Assembly (NCBI GenBank): GCA_043228905.1
Contig: JBHGNT010000004.1
Span: 18,724,001 to 18,788,000, forward strand
DNA length: 64,000 nucleotides
Direction of reading: 5' to 3'
Source of the DNA: Azolla caroliniana
Lineage: Eukaryota > Plantae > Polypodiophyta
A program made the translations under genes and the position numbers. Positions 24,641-36,008 of the stretch are shown in pieces (positions within the stretch are counted from its first letter, which is position 1; every line of letters starts with the position of its first letter). The notes beneath the pieces were generated by a model. It was not told the origin of the DNA and did no database searches. It saw only the letters and a list, made by a program, of their open reading frames with translations.

Positions 24641-27600
24641 AGATGGATGTAGCTCAGTTGGTAAGGTTGCCCAATGGAGACCAGGTGGTCATGGGTTCAA
24701 CCCCTACATTCCACAGTGGCATATAGTGAAATAGAGATATATATAATGTAAACGATTACTTGCGGAAGTGTTAGAAAACAGAGAAGGTAGGGAATACACA
24801 GAGTACACGGGAGAGACAGAGAGAGCAGAACGATTCCGGACTCTCATCCTGAGTCCACGCTTCACTAGCCTCATCCATCGGCACCGGGTCGGATGCGGAA
24901 GTCGGAGCCGGTAAGGAGTACCATGATGCCGATTCATCGAACTCGACATCTCGACTAACTCGGACCTGCTTTGTCCGGGGGTTATAACACTTATAACCCT
25001 TCTACTCTTGAGCATAGCCGACTAGGATGCATTTTTCCGATTTTGCATCCAACTTCCTCCACTTCTCATCCAGTACATGCACAAATGCAATGCTATCGAA
25101 GATCTTAAGGTGTCTCAAATTCAGCTTCCGCCCGAAATACAGCTCGTGAGCTGACACCTTGTCACTGATCCGGTTCTAGATGTAGACAACCGTTCGGACT
25201 GGCTCCGCCCAGTAGAATTTGGGCATGCTCTTCTCCTCCAGCATTGCCCTTGCTGCATCGATAAGCGACCGGTTCTTCCTCTCGGCAACACCGTTCTGTT
25301 GCGGTGTGTATTTGCAGCTAAACTCTTGCCGAATTCCCGTTTGCTGCAGATAACTGTTGAATTGGCCGGAAAAGTATTCTTTCCCGCCATCCGACCACAT
25401 GCATTTGATCTTCCTCTCCGATTCCCGTTCCACCATGCTTTTACACTCGAAGACTTCACTCTTATGCTCAATGAGTTAGATCCATGTGTGCCGCGTATAG
25501 TCATCGATGAAGGAGACGAAATATCGACTCTCGCCAAGACTAACATTCTGTGCTGGTCCCCACACATCCGAATGGATAAGGTCGAGCTTGTTACGGCTCC
25601 GGTTACGTTCGGTGGGGAATGGAAGCCGATGTTGCTTCCCAAGTTGGCAAGCTTCACATACTTGGGCAAACCGAAAACAACTTGTTTCGTTAAACCTTTC
25701 GGTCGCTAAACTTCGGCAAACCGAAAACAACTTGTTTCGTTTGCAGGTCTTGAAGCCTCCGATAATTGACGTGGCCTATCCGCTTGTGCCACAGGTCGAT
25801 GTCCGATTCGACCTTCTGTCCTTTTGCAAACAGAGCGGTGTCGACGTTATTGGTATCGAGGATAAACATCCTCCCGTCTCTGCGCCCTTGCGCAATAATA
25901 TGGCCCTCTTCCTCGATGAAGCACCCGAGGTGCGTAAACTGCACCTACATCCCTTGGTCGACGATCTGTCCGACCGACACCAGGTTCTTCGTGATTGTTG
26001 GAACGTGTAATACGTTCATCAGCTTCCCCTTCTGTCCGACGTGGCTCAAAGGGACTTCTCCAACGTGCACAATTGGGTGAGGAGTGTCGTCTCCGGTTTC
26101 GACTACTCCTGGTTGATCCGTTTTCTCCAAAAAGGAGAACCACTCTTTGTGGTTCGTCATATGGTTCCACGCACCGGAATCAACATACCACACTTCCTCC
26201 GATTTGGAAGTGGTCTTCTTCATTGAGTTCGCCTCGTGCTTCATCACCAAGGCTGGCCCGTTGCCGTTCTTGGATCCTCCCGATCCCTTCACGTAGTGCG
26301 AGCTTTGCCGGCCATCCTTGCCGGCCTTGCTGGATCCGAATTTGTCCGAATTGGCTCGTTTTCTCCAGCACTCGCTTTCTCTATGGCCCTTTTTGCCACA
26401 ATACCAACATTTCGTTGCCGACTTCTCTTGGCGTCTTCTGGTGTCGCCATGACTCCCCCTGCCTGTGGGAGTCCTGGAACCGCTGTCGGCACGTTCTCTG
26501 TGCCTTCGTTCTTGCTCTTGCCGACCGCCTCCATTGCGTGCCGACCCGCCTCGTCCACTATGCCCACGGGACCGATCCGCCTCTGTGTACAACAACCGGT
26601 TGTCAGTGGGTGCGCTAGTTGACGCACCGGCGTGGTTCTCCTCTACAAGGAGCATCGATTGTAAGTCGAAAAATGACGGTGTATTCTCCCTTGTACACAC
26701 TGCCGTTCGGAACGCTCTGAACTTAGATGCCAGGCCCCCATGACAGACCTGTACCATCTCGTCTTCCTCCATGGTAACGTTGATAGAGGCAAGCGAGTCA
26801 CAGATCTCTTTGATCTGGGCCGTGCAATCCGCCACCGACATGTCCTTCTGTCGGACATTGCTCAACTCCTGTCGGAGTTGCAACTTCTGGGCTATAGTGC
26901 TCACGACAAAAACCTTCTTTAGGTTCCCCCAAGCCTCCTTCGGCGTCTTGGCGTCTTGGATGTGGCTCAGCAGCTGGTCTCCGACACTGGACGCGAAGCA
27001 GTACATCACTTTGCTTGCCGATTGTTCCCACACTGGGAAGTCCTTATGTGCCACATCAAGTGCTGTTTCGTTGGCTCCTTCGACAAAACTCTAGTAGCCA
27101 TGCCGAAGTAGGTATTGGTGCATCTTATACGACCAAGATGCATAGTTGGATCTGTCGAGTTTCTCCACAGGGAGCGAGCTAGCCATCCCTCTATCCATCA
27201 CTTCTTTGTTTGCTGTTTTACGACCTATTAGGGTTTCCTTTCAAGCGCTTGTCGGCTGCAGAGGTTCTCAACCCTCGCGCTCTGATACCATGTAAACGAT
27301 TACTTGCGGAAGCGTTAGAAAACAGAGAAGGTAGGGAATACACAGAGTACATGGGAGAGACAGAGAGAGCAGAACTTCAAGGCTATATTCAAAAACAATA
27401 AAAACACTCTGTACATACAACTATGCTCAGTAGCATTATTTATACAAGTCCTCATGGGACTGACAAAAGTACCGCATACTTCAATGCTCACACGAGCATC
27501 TGACACTTACTATGAGACTATAATTGCCTAGTAGTCTACACTAATACTAGGCTTCCGGTTATTGATTGGATCTGGCTAACCGGCTCGGTTGCTCACAGCT

Positions 27601-27762
27601 TACCGATCCGTCTCGCTTGCCGGCTCAGGCTTATTCAGCCGATCTGGCTCCAGTTGAGCTTGCCGCTCAACATATAATAGAGAGGTGAGAAAATTGGGTT
27701 TCGAACCCAAGACACAATGCTTGTAGTGCTATCGACTTACCACTAGGGTAAGCTAATTACGA

Positions 27763-27777
<15 letters not shown>
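24638..27777. mobile_element. tRNA-derived SINE-like element, copy A (24638-24746 + 27678-27777), split by a Copia insertion
   Basis: Plus-strand A box TAGCTCAGTTGG and B box GGTTCAACCC (24650-24703). After removing the Copia, the sequence aligns collinearly with uninterrupted copies at 30916-31095 and 31137-31320. Confidence 0.7.
24747..27672 (-). mobile_element. Internally deleted Ty1/Copia LTR retrotransposon
   Basis: TSD TATAA (24742-24746 and 27673-27677). 5' LTR 27291-27672 (TG..CA). tRNA-iMet PBS TGGTATCAGAGC on the minus strand at 27279-27290. gag (CWYCGKKGHRESEC), protease (WYVDSGA), GAG-pre-integrase (LWHKRIGH, CEAC) and integrase (HSDVWGP, SDGGKEY, TPQQNGVAERKNR) span about 27198-25100. 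Only about 83 bp of the 3' LTR remain (24747-~24830). RT and RNase H are absent. Confidence 0.92.
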
Positions 27778-27814
<37 letters not shown>

Positions 27815-27829
27815 TGTGTGTGTGTTTAC

Positions 27830-29880
27830 CCAATCATCAGTAATAAAATAAAATAAAAATAGAACTTAAGCTAAAAGAGTTCTAGTATTGTACAAAACAT
27901 GTTATGGTGTAACATATTCTATAAAGGAAATGAATTTGTACTAGGCCTAATTTCATTTCCATCTAAGTCTCTCAAAAAGAAGCGGGAGGTCAAAGGGTTT
28001 TGATGTGGGTGTGACCCGTGGTCCTGATGTAGAAGGTACCCCAACCATGGCTTCTAGGCAGTGTAACTCACATTCCCTTATTTTCTTAATTTTTTCTACA
28101 CCACGTCGAGTTGCTTTGAAACCCAACATTCGAGGGCGTTTGGTTCTTCTTTGGTTTTCTGCTTCATCAAGGAGAGGCCAAATTGTGCATGTCTGTCCAC
28201 ATTCATCGTTTCCCCCTGTCCCTGAAAAACTTCATTGGTTACATTTTGGTGAATATTACAAAAGTTATTGTTAACATTTTGTCGCTTATTCTCTCTATGT
28301 TGGTTTAGCTCTAAGATAGATTTGTTTAATTTCTTTATATCTAGAGTATCTAATAGTTTGGAGAGGGTCTGAGTATGTCTTGGTATTTTTCCCTTATCTC
28401 AGCGTAATTGGGACAGTTGCATGCAAAGTGGTACTCATCCTCTATCTCTATGTGACATAATCTACATATATATTACCTTATTGTGGTCCTCATGAGATAT
28501 TAAAGTTTTATCAATCTCGTGGTTGTACCTAAGGGGAGGTAGGTTTTTAATGTCTAGGCCATTTGCAAGAAGCCAACTCACCATCGTGTTATACCATGAA
28601 CTAGTATATCCGGACTCATAGAGTGATCAAGATGCCTCAAAATCTTGATGAGATGTCCTATCATGTGGTTGGCCATGCATCTTATGAATAAAGACTACAA
28701 GTTGAAAAAGTGCTTCTACTAACATCGGGGGTAAATTTAACTCAGCTCTAATAATGCCATGTGGTACTGTCGATTTGTTTCGGAGTTGACGTGATAACAT
28801 CGTCACCAATGGTGTCTCTTATTGTGTCCACATAAAAGATGGAGCCCAAACCACTGATGCATACATGAGGGAAGGGGTCACTAATGAGTCAAAGAGCCAC
28901 CCCTTAGTCCGTGGCTCTTGAAAGTTTGCATGTTGGCATTGTCTCTCTAAGAGTGAGAGGGATGCATATCCTCTCGTAAGTCTATCTTTGGCTGCTTGTG
29001 TCATCGAAAATTTACCGGAGGGGGCACTAAAAGTGACTCCAAGATATACATATGATCCAACTACCTCAATTGGTCTATGCGAGAGGGTTAGGTGACACTT
29101 AGTTCTAACTCGAGCTGATGTGTGAAAGATAAGGGCTTTAGTTTTCCCTAAATTCACTACCAATCCTTGTTGTGTGCAAAAGTCATCTAAAGCATTAAGA
29201 TGCCTTTGTAGGTCGTGTTCAAACTTAGAGAGCGAAACTATGTCATCTACATAGAGCAAGATACGAACTTGCGTACCCCGAAGGACTACTCCGTTCCCTC
29301 CCTTACGAGCAATAAAATCTGTGATCTCATCAATGTAGATCCTAAAAAGAGTTGGTGATAGGGGGCAACCTTGTTTTACACCAATGGTGCTTGTGAAGCA
29401 ATTGGATAGGCCACCTGGGCATCGTACCCACTCAGAGACTTGTTCATATAGTGCTTAGATGACCCAAATCATGTCATTTGGTATCTTCAAGCATTTAAGT
29501 CTATCAAAGAACTGCTCTCTAGGGATATTTTCAAAGGCTTTGCGGAAGTCCACAAAACAACAATATAATTTCTTCTTGCGATCCTTTGACTGGTCAATTA
29601 AGCATCTAAGTGTGAAGATATGGTCAATAGTAGAGAAGACAAGCCATCATGTTCAGGTGCTTGAAGACTTAAGGTTTCCATATAGTCGCTAAGCTTTGCT
29701 TCCATTACTGCACCATATAATTTAGCGAGTGTATGACCTATTATAATTGTCCTATATATTTGGGTCCATGGGGTCCCCTCCTTTGTGTATGAGGGGCACT
29801 GTGTTCACAATCCACTGTGGTGGAAAACCCTCGACGAGGGTACGATTGAAGATTAGAGTTAGAAAAGGAGCTAGGCATTC
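27830..29880 (-). mobile_element. Non-LTR retrotransposon fragment, RTE-X/L2-like rather than L1
   Basis: Minus strand: FVDFRKAF, GVKQGCPLSPTLF, LLYVDDIV, VNLGKTK, YVYLGV, and a C-terminal ICRLCHIEIEDEYHFACNCPNYAEIREKY zinc knuckle (about 28385-28475). Clade assignment is by motif resemblance only. Confidence 0.75.
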
Positions 29881-29982
29881 TCGCGCATATATGCTGCATT
29901 TTGCTTGCAATCCTTTGTGATCCATGAACTCCTATGTCGTAATTTCTTTATGACCTTCATGGAGAGAGAGAGAGAGAGAGAG

Positions 29983-30892
29983 CTCAATTTAATCGTTTGT
30001 ATCGTTTGGGGGTCAAAGAGGTGGGAGATATAGTTGAGGCTCCATCTCAAAGAATTTTGGAGTTTGTTGAAGCACGACAATTATTACCCGTCTCGCCTAA
30101 TTAGGAGTTTATTTGGCAACAACTACAAAATATTGCATTGATGCAAGGTCCCTTACATCTACAAACAGGAGAACAACCATGGATTGATTGATGTTTATGG
30201 GGTCAAATGTCATTGTTACAAGTGACTCCTAATATTTTGTATCATTGCTCTATTGAATCTCTTGGATGGTTATCATCTAAGGCTGAAGAAGAATGGAAAA
30301 TACACAAATCTGATCATGGGTGGTGGCAGATCTTACAACGTAGTTGGCATTCTAAATTGCCACTTGTAGCAAAGATCTTCATTTGAAGAGTTTTGGTTGG
30401 AGGATTGCCTTTGGGATTAACTCTAAAGCGTTATGGACTAGAAACGAGCAATTGCTTTTTTAGCATTGTTCAAATGGAAGATAATACTCATCGATTTATA
30501 CAATGTCTGATTGCTTGTCAGATTTGGAGTTACATTTCTCAAATTTGGCAAGTTTTATCACGGTGTTATTTGACACCTAGACAGTGGGTGTTGGCACAAT
30601 TTACACAGGTTGACCCAAAATCAGAGATGGAGATTGTTTTTCTATTTCTGAGATATGTATTTGATGGTAGACATGGAGTGAAATCATATCTACGAAAGTT
30701 GAAGGGAGTACTAATGTGACAATTTTCTTTATTGGATTCCTTAGTGGAGTGTTCGTCTTGCGTATTGGCAATTCAACATGTTCCACTGCCCATGTAGTGC
30801 AGTTAGCGGCTAACCATAATCCATTGTCACACCCATTGTAAGTAGTGTTTTTTACACACATATTTTTAATATAATTGTGTGTTTTCAACACA
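29983..30892 (+). mobile_element. Second, shorter 5'-truncated copy of the (GA)n-flanked L1-like LINE
   Basis: GGLPLGLTLKRYGL..CFFSIVQMEDNTHRFIQCLIACQIW is homologous to 24050-24487 and has a similar 3' end. (GA)n tracts at 29962-29982 and 30892-30915. Confidence 0.8.
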
Positions 30893-30915
30893 GAGAGAGA
30901 GAGAGAGAGAGAGAG

Positions 30916-31095
30916 CCTAGATGGATGTAGCTCAATTGGTAAGGTTGCCCAATGGAGACCATGTGGTCATGGGTTCAACCCTTACATTCCACAGTGGCAT
31001 CTAGTGAAATAGGAGATATCTATGGAGTAATAGAGAGGTCAAAAAATTGGGTGTAAATGATTTACCACCAAGATAAGCTAATTACAATAAAAAAA
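30916..31095. mobile_element. tRNA-derived SINE-like element, copy B
   Basis: CTAGATGGATGTAGCTCAATTGG..GGGTTCAACC..GTGGCATCTAG, homologous to copy A, with an internal deletion in the second half. Confidence 0.7.
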
Positions 31096-31136
31096 GAAAG
31101 AAAGGGAGAAAGAAGAAAAGAAAGAAAGGGAGAAAG

Positions 31137-31320
31137 TTGGTAAGGTTGCCCTACTTGGAGACCAAGTGGTCATGGGTTCAATCCCTACATTTCACAATGA
31201 CATCTAGTGAAATAAGAGATATTTGTGGAGTAATAGAGAGGTGAGAAAATTGGGTTTCAAACCTAAGATGTAATGCTTGCTAGTAGTGTAAATGACTTAC
31301 CACTAACGTAGGCTAATTAC
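31137..31320. mobile_element. tRNA-derived SINE-like element, copy C (5'-truncated)
   Basis: GTTGGTAAGGTTGCC..GGGTTCAATCC..CATCTAG..TTGGGTTTCAAACCTAA..GACTTACCACTA..GCTAATTAC, collinear with copy A. Confidence 0.7.
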
Positions 31321-32304
31321 ATATAGTAAAAAGATGTGTGTTCTATTTGCATTAATAGCTTTTTGCTAGGATAACTTTGTTCACAAAAAAAGAAAAAGAG
31401 ATAGAGCAAGCCAATCGAACCATAATTGAAAGCTATTATTGATGAGAAAAAGAAAAAGAAAAAGAGATCATGAGATGTTTTATTCTATGCAATGATTATG
31501 GGTGATGGAATGCAACAAAGGATAATTTGTTAATGCCCAATTCCTAAAGTTATTTTGGGTTGTTATTTCGTAACTATGGGCATTATTAGCTACGAAAAAA
31601 GAGAGCAACGACAACCTTTCACTTTAGGAGTTTTTGATGAAGGAGCCGAAGCTTTACCTTCTCTATCGTTTAAGGCAATGAATGTTTGATTACAACCCTA
31701 TTGATTGGGGCCTAGAGAGTACGACATCAGTTGGGTAATGGCACAAGAAAAATGGATTTCAAGAGCTCTAACAAGCTAAGCTCTCTACGGGCATCATGTC
31801 CACGAGAGGGGAATCAACTTGGTAGCCTTACAATTAGCACTATCAGAGAGGTTTTAGGGTTTAGGAATTGCTGGGGAAAGGAAAAAGGAGGTGTTTTTTT
31901 ATCAACATTGCCATGTTTGTCTTGTTTTTAATATATGTATATGCACACACTCTATACCTTGCATGCGCGAAACACGAAGAAAAATCAAGAAGCCCAAAAC
32001 ATGGATAAGGTTAAAAACAATAAAAACATAGAAGTAAAGAAATTTAACCCTAGTTACTTAAATGAGTTAAAAACACACAAAAGGAATTAGAGAGAAGAGA
32101 AGAAAGAAGAAAACAAAAAACCTTTGAAAAATCTCAAAATTGTGTTGGGGACAAATAAGTAAATAGAGATAAATGATTGGATGTATATATAAATATGTGG
32201 TGAGAGAAGGGAGGAGATTAGATGTACATCCTCTCTCTAGGGCACTCCTCCTCCAACCACAGCTTCTTCTTCTTCTTCTTCTTCTTCTTCTTCATCTCTT
32301 GTCC

Positions 32305-34317
32305 ATGGCTATGGCGGCTGCTGCTTCCTCTTCTCTAGTCTCCATTCGCTCAGACAGGAGAACAAACAGTGGAGGTTCCCGCCATGGAAACTACAACACC
32401 ACCACCACCGTCACTTGCAGAGCTAGCTTCCCTTTCAGTGGAAGAACCATCTCCATTGCCAGTCCTTCTTGCTCCTCTCGATTCATCAGTGTCCTCTCCT
32501 CTCCCTCTCAGGTAAGATCACGGAGAACTACTCAAATCTTTGCGTTAGACCCAGACTTCTACAAGATTCCGTATGTGGAAGGTGTTCCTGTGGGGAAGAA
32601 ACTCAAGATATGGAACCTTCCTCCCAATACTGATCCCCAAGAATTCCGCCAATGGTTTGATGGGTTAGAAGGAGTTTCAGTAGAATCAGTAGAGTTCACA
32701 GATGATCCAGAACTTAATTCACAGGGAATAGGTGGTTTTATCGAGTTTGGAACAAAGCAAGAAGCTTGTATGGCCATAGTTAGGAGAGATGGATATAAAT
32801 TCAAAGGAAAATGTGTAAGGATGGATTTTGTAGAGAAAAAACCTCATGAGAGAGAAATAGGTGGGAGGCGGAATAGGCCAACATATCGAAGCAGCAGTTT
32901 TTCTCCCTCTAATAGTAGAATGGGCTCTTCATCTCCTTCCTCAGGTAGTTATGGTGGCAGCTCTTCTGGCTATGGCAGTGGAACTAATTCCAACCCTAGT
33001 TTTGCCTCAGCTTCTGCTGCTTCTTCTCCAGTTTCACGCATTGGCAATAATGAACCCACAACCTTTAAACCTTATGGAAATGCTCCAAATATTACCTCAA
33101 ACGCTAACGTGAATACCAATGCGAACATGAACAACGTGTCAAACTTGAGTCCTACCACGCGGAGCTATGGTGCCGAACCTACCCCAGGTGCAAACGATCC
33201 TGGATCTAGTGGCTTTAGTGGTAGCAAAGATAGCTTGTTCGGTTCGAGTTCGGGTTCAGGTTCAGGTTCAAGTAATTATGTGTCTCCTTCAAGTTTTAGC
33301 GCTCCTTCAAATACACCCTCTACTTATGGTGGGAATAATGCGCCAATTCAGTCCACCCCAAACTATGGTGCTGGATCATCCACCTCTAGTTATGCAAGCC
33401 CGAGCTCAAGCTTTGGAAACACCCCTAGCTACACAAACACCCCTGGCTATGGAAACAACCCTAGCTATGGTAATCCTCCATCCACCCCTAACTATGGAAA
33501 TACTCAACCTGCACCTAGCTATGGTAATACTCCATCTACCCCTATCTATGGAAATACTCAGTCAACCTCGAGCTTTGGAAGCACCCCAGCTTCTTCTGGG
33601 TATGGCCAACCCCCATCATCCTCATATCCGCAAATGAGTGATGATAAACCATTTGGCTTGAATAGTAATAATCTTGGAGATGTGGATTCCAAGTCTTCTT
33701 CTCCAACTTCTAGCTATGGTGCCCAACCAGTTTCAACACCAAACTATGGAGCCAACAATATACAATCTAACTCTAGCTATGGTGATAATAACAGCTATGG
33801 CGGAAGCACACAATCGCGATCGAGCTATGGAAATATGGACTATGGACAAAGCATAGCTTCTACACCATTTTCAGGAGGCAATGAGCCTTCTAGTTTTGGT
33901 GCTAACTCCAATATGAGTTTTGGTGGAAGTAGTGATTCATCTAGCAGTTATGGTGCTTATAATTCTAGCGGTACAGGATATGGTCGATCAGAATATTCTC
34001 AAAGCTATGGTAACCCGGAGCCACGCACAAGTTATGGTGGCTATGGTTCTTCTCCGAGGCCTTCAAGTGCAAATCGTATCTTTGTTGGCAATTTGCCTTG
34101 GTCGACAGATGATATGAGTCTTCAACAACTATTCAGTGAATTTGGCGCAGTGTTAGAGGCTAGAGTTGTAAAAGATCGTGAGACAGGGAGGTCTAGAGGT
34201 TTTGGGTTTATCTCAATGTCGACAGCAGATGAAATGAATGCAGCTATTCAAGGCTTGGATGGACGACAAGTCGACGGTCGTGCTATACGTGTGAATCAAG
34301 CCGAATCGCGATTTTAA
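32305..34317 (+). CDS. Intronless two-RRM RNA-binding protein, probably chloroplast-targeted (cpRNP-like), with a very long S/G/Y/N-rich low-complexity linker
   Basis: [13 protein letters not shown].. Ser/Arg-rich, acid-poor transit-peptide-like N-terminus. RRM1 is divergent ([20 protein letters not shown]). The C-terminal RRM2 is canonical ([45 protein letters not shown]), as in cpRNP C-termini. The start is placed at 32305 rather than 32173 because the upstream part is a translated (CTT)n microsatellite. Confidence 0.88.
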   Translation: MAMAAAASSSLVSIRSDRRTNSGGSRHGNYNTTTTVTCRASFPFSGRTISIASPSCSSRFISVLSSPSQVRSRRTTQIFALDPDFYKIPYVEGVPVGKKLKIWNLPPNTDPQEFRQWFDGLEGVSVESVEFTDDPELNSQGIGGFIEFGTKQEACMAIVRRDGYKFKGKCVRMDFVEKKPHEREIGGRRNRPTYRSSSFSPSNSRMGSSSPSSGSYGGSSSGYGSGTNSNPSFASASAASSPVSRIGNNEPTTFKPYGNAPNITSNANVNTNANMNNVSNLSPTTRSYGAEPTPGANDPGSSGFSGSKDSLFGSSSGSGSGSSNYVSPSSFSAPSNTPSTYGGNNAPIQSTPNYGAGSSTSSYASPSSSFGNTPSYTNTPGYGNNPSYGNPPSTPNYGNTQPAPSYGNTPSTPIYGNTQSTSSFGSTPASSGYGQPPSSSYPQMSDDKPFGLNSNNLGDVDSKSSSPTSSYGAQPVSTPNYGANNIQSNSSYGDNNSYGGSTQSRSSYGNMDYGQSIASTPFSGGNEPSSFGANSNMSFGGSSDSSSSYGAYNSSGTGYGRSEYSQSYGNPEPRTSYGGYGSSPRPSSANRIFVGNLPWSTDDMSLQQLFSEFGAVLEARVVKDRETGRSRGFGFISMSTADEMNAAIQGLDGRQVDGRAIRVNQAESRF

Positions 34318-36008
34318 AAGCATCATCATATATGGTTACTTCTTCAGCTAGCAAATATATTGAGAGAGGGCTTTTTGTCCTTGGATTACCATCCCATTGT
34401 AGTAGATTTTAATGTTATGGTTTAAACCTTTCCGTACAGTTTTAAATCCCAAGTCAGAGGCTTGGAATTTCGAGTCTTGAACCTTTGTCCGAATTGGAAA
34501 GATGGTGTTTTGCTTTGGAGCTTACAGATGCAAATTTCGGTGGTGGGTCATTATTTTTATGAATAGGTAGGGTTTGTGAGCTTTGAATTTGGCTTTTGTA
34601 ATTCTTGTAAGAGGAAAGGGTTTTTCCATGCAAAATAGATATTGCAAGGGGTTTGGTGCCCAAGAATTATCTATTGTGTTGCAATTATCTTTGGGTGTAA
34701 CTGTTTACGGTAGTAGTTTTTGCAATCTATTGCAATAGACTTGGTGGGTAATATGTCAATGTTATCATGCTTTATATGTCGCGTATCGTTTGTGGGCTAT
34801 GCGATCTGTGAGTCTATAAACATTTCACATTTTGATCCACCTAATGATAATCCAAACTTGTGTGTTTGATCTTATTTCTCAATTTAAGTACTAATAACAT
34901 CTGGATAGCAATGAGTGTGGTATTGTGCACGTCATGTTCACATCGTAATTTTGATATATTGATTTACTTTATGCCTTTTAGGATGCTTTACATATCAAAT
35001 ATAAATGTTCCAGTAATTGTGCTTTTCCATGGAATCTTATGGGAGCAACTGAAGCTATTGCTGTATTGGAATGTAAAATTGTAGGATAATTCTATTCTTG
35101 ACTTCTATTGTAATGATTGTTGCAAAAATTGTTTCTCCTTTTGATTCCAAACCTTTGGTCTATTGACATGGTTTAGTTACTTACAGAAAACACTGGGGTT
35201 GAAACATAGAAAGGAAGCTTCTACAATGTTATTCCTGGTGGTATTGAGAGCTCTAAAGATTGCCATTGGTGAAATGCCCCAAAGCTTTCTTGATTCCCCT
35301 GAATATTCTTGGTCATAACCTCTTACTCACAGCTATATGCATTACACAAGCATACATCCCTTATTCCTTGAGTATATGTGTAATTTTAGCAATTATATGG
35401 TTAGAGATCATCCTTGGCTCTCAACTATATGTGTTATTTGTACAATTATGTATGTTTGTCTTTTTTTTAAAGGTTATCTAGAGCCTTTGGGGTAAAAGCG
35501 AAATCTTAGAGCCATTAAGGGAAAATAACTCTTGAGTGATATTTGGAGTTTTTCCAAGCCAATAATATGACTATTGTAGGTTATATTTTCTTTCTACTAC
35601 TAGAGTTAGTTTATAGTTTGGGCACTTCCTCCTTATAAGCCTTGAATTGTAAGTATCCTTAGACTTGGACGTGTGTAAAGGTTATCCATGCGACTTTCTC
35701 CCTTATACCATTTCTGTATCCGACACTTTTGATGATACATATATACATACATACATATACATATATATATATATATATGTCCCTTATGTCCTACACAATC
35801 ATCAACAAAAATTAATAAGTTGATCACTAAGTTTTTCTTAGTTTAGAGAAACGACACCACATCCCTTTGTCTCATTTATGAATATTTACCATAATACCCC
35901 TTTGTTTAGGGTTGAGGAAACTTAAAGACAAGTTAACAATACTGTATTAGTGAGTCCGGAGATTAACGAGATTAATTCGGACAAATTGTAAAAGTATCGA
36001 GAGGTTAA

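Noticed and set aside
24645-24713. Functional tRNA gene (Pro-like, TGG in the loop)
   Set aside because: D and anticodon arms pair poorly, there is no oligo-T terminator, and it recurs as diverged copies with shared non-tRNA flanks. Treated as SINE-like.
32173-32304. 44-aa N-terminal extension with poly-Leu resembling a signal peptide
   Set aside because: The poly-Leu is a (CTT)n 5'-UTR microsatellite, and a TATA-like TATATAAA lies inside the extension. MAMAAA at 32305 is the better start.
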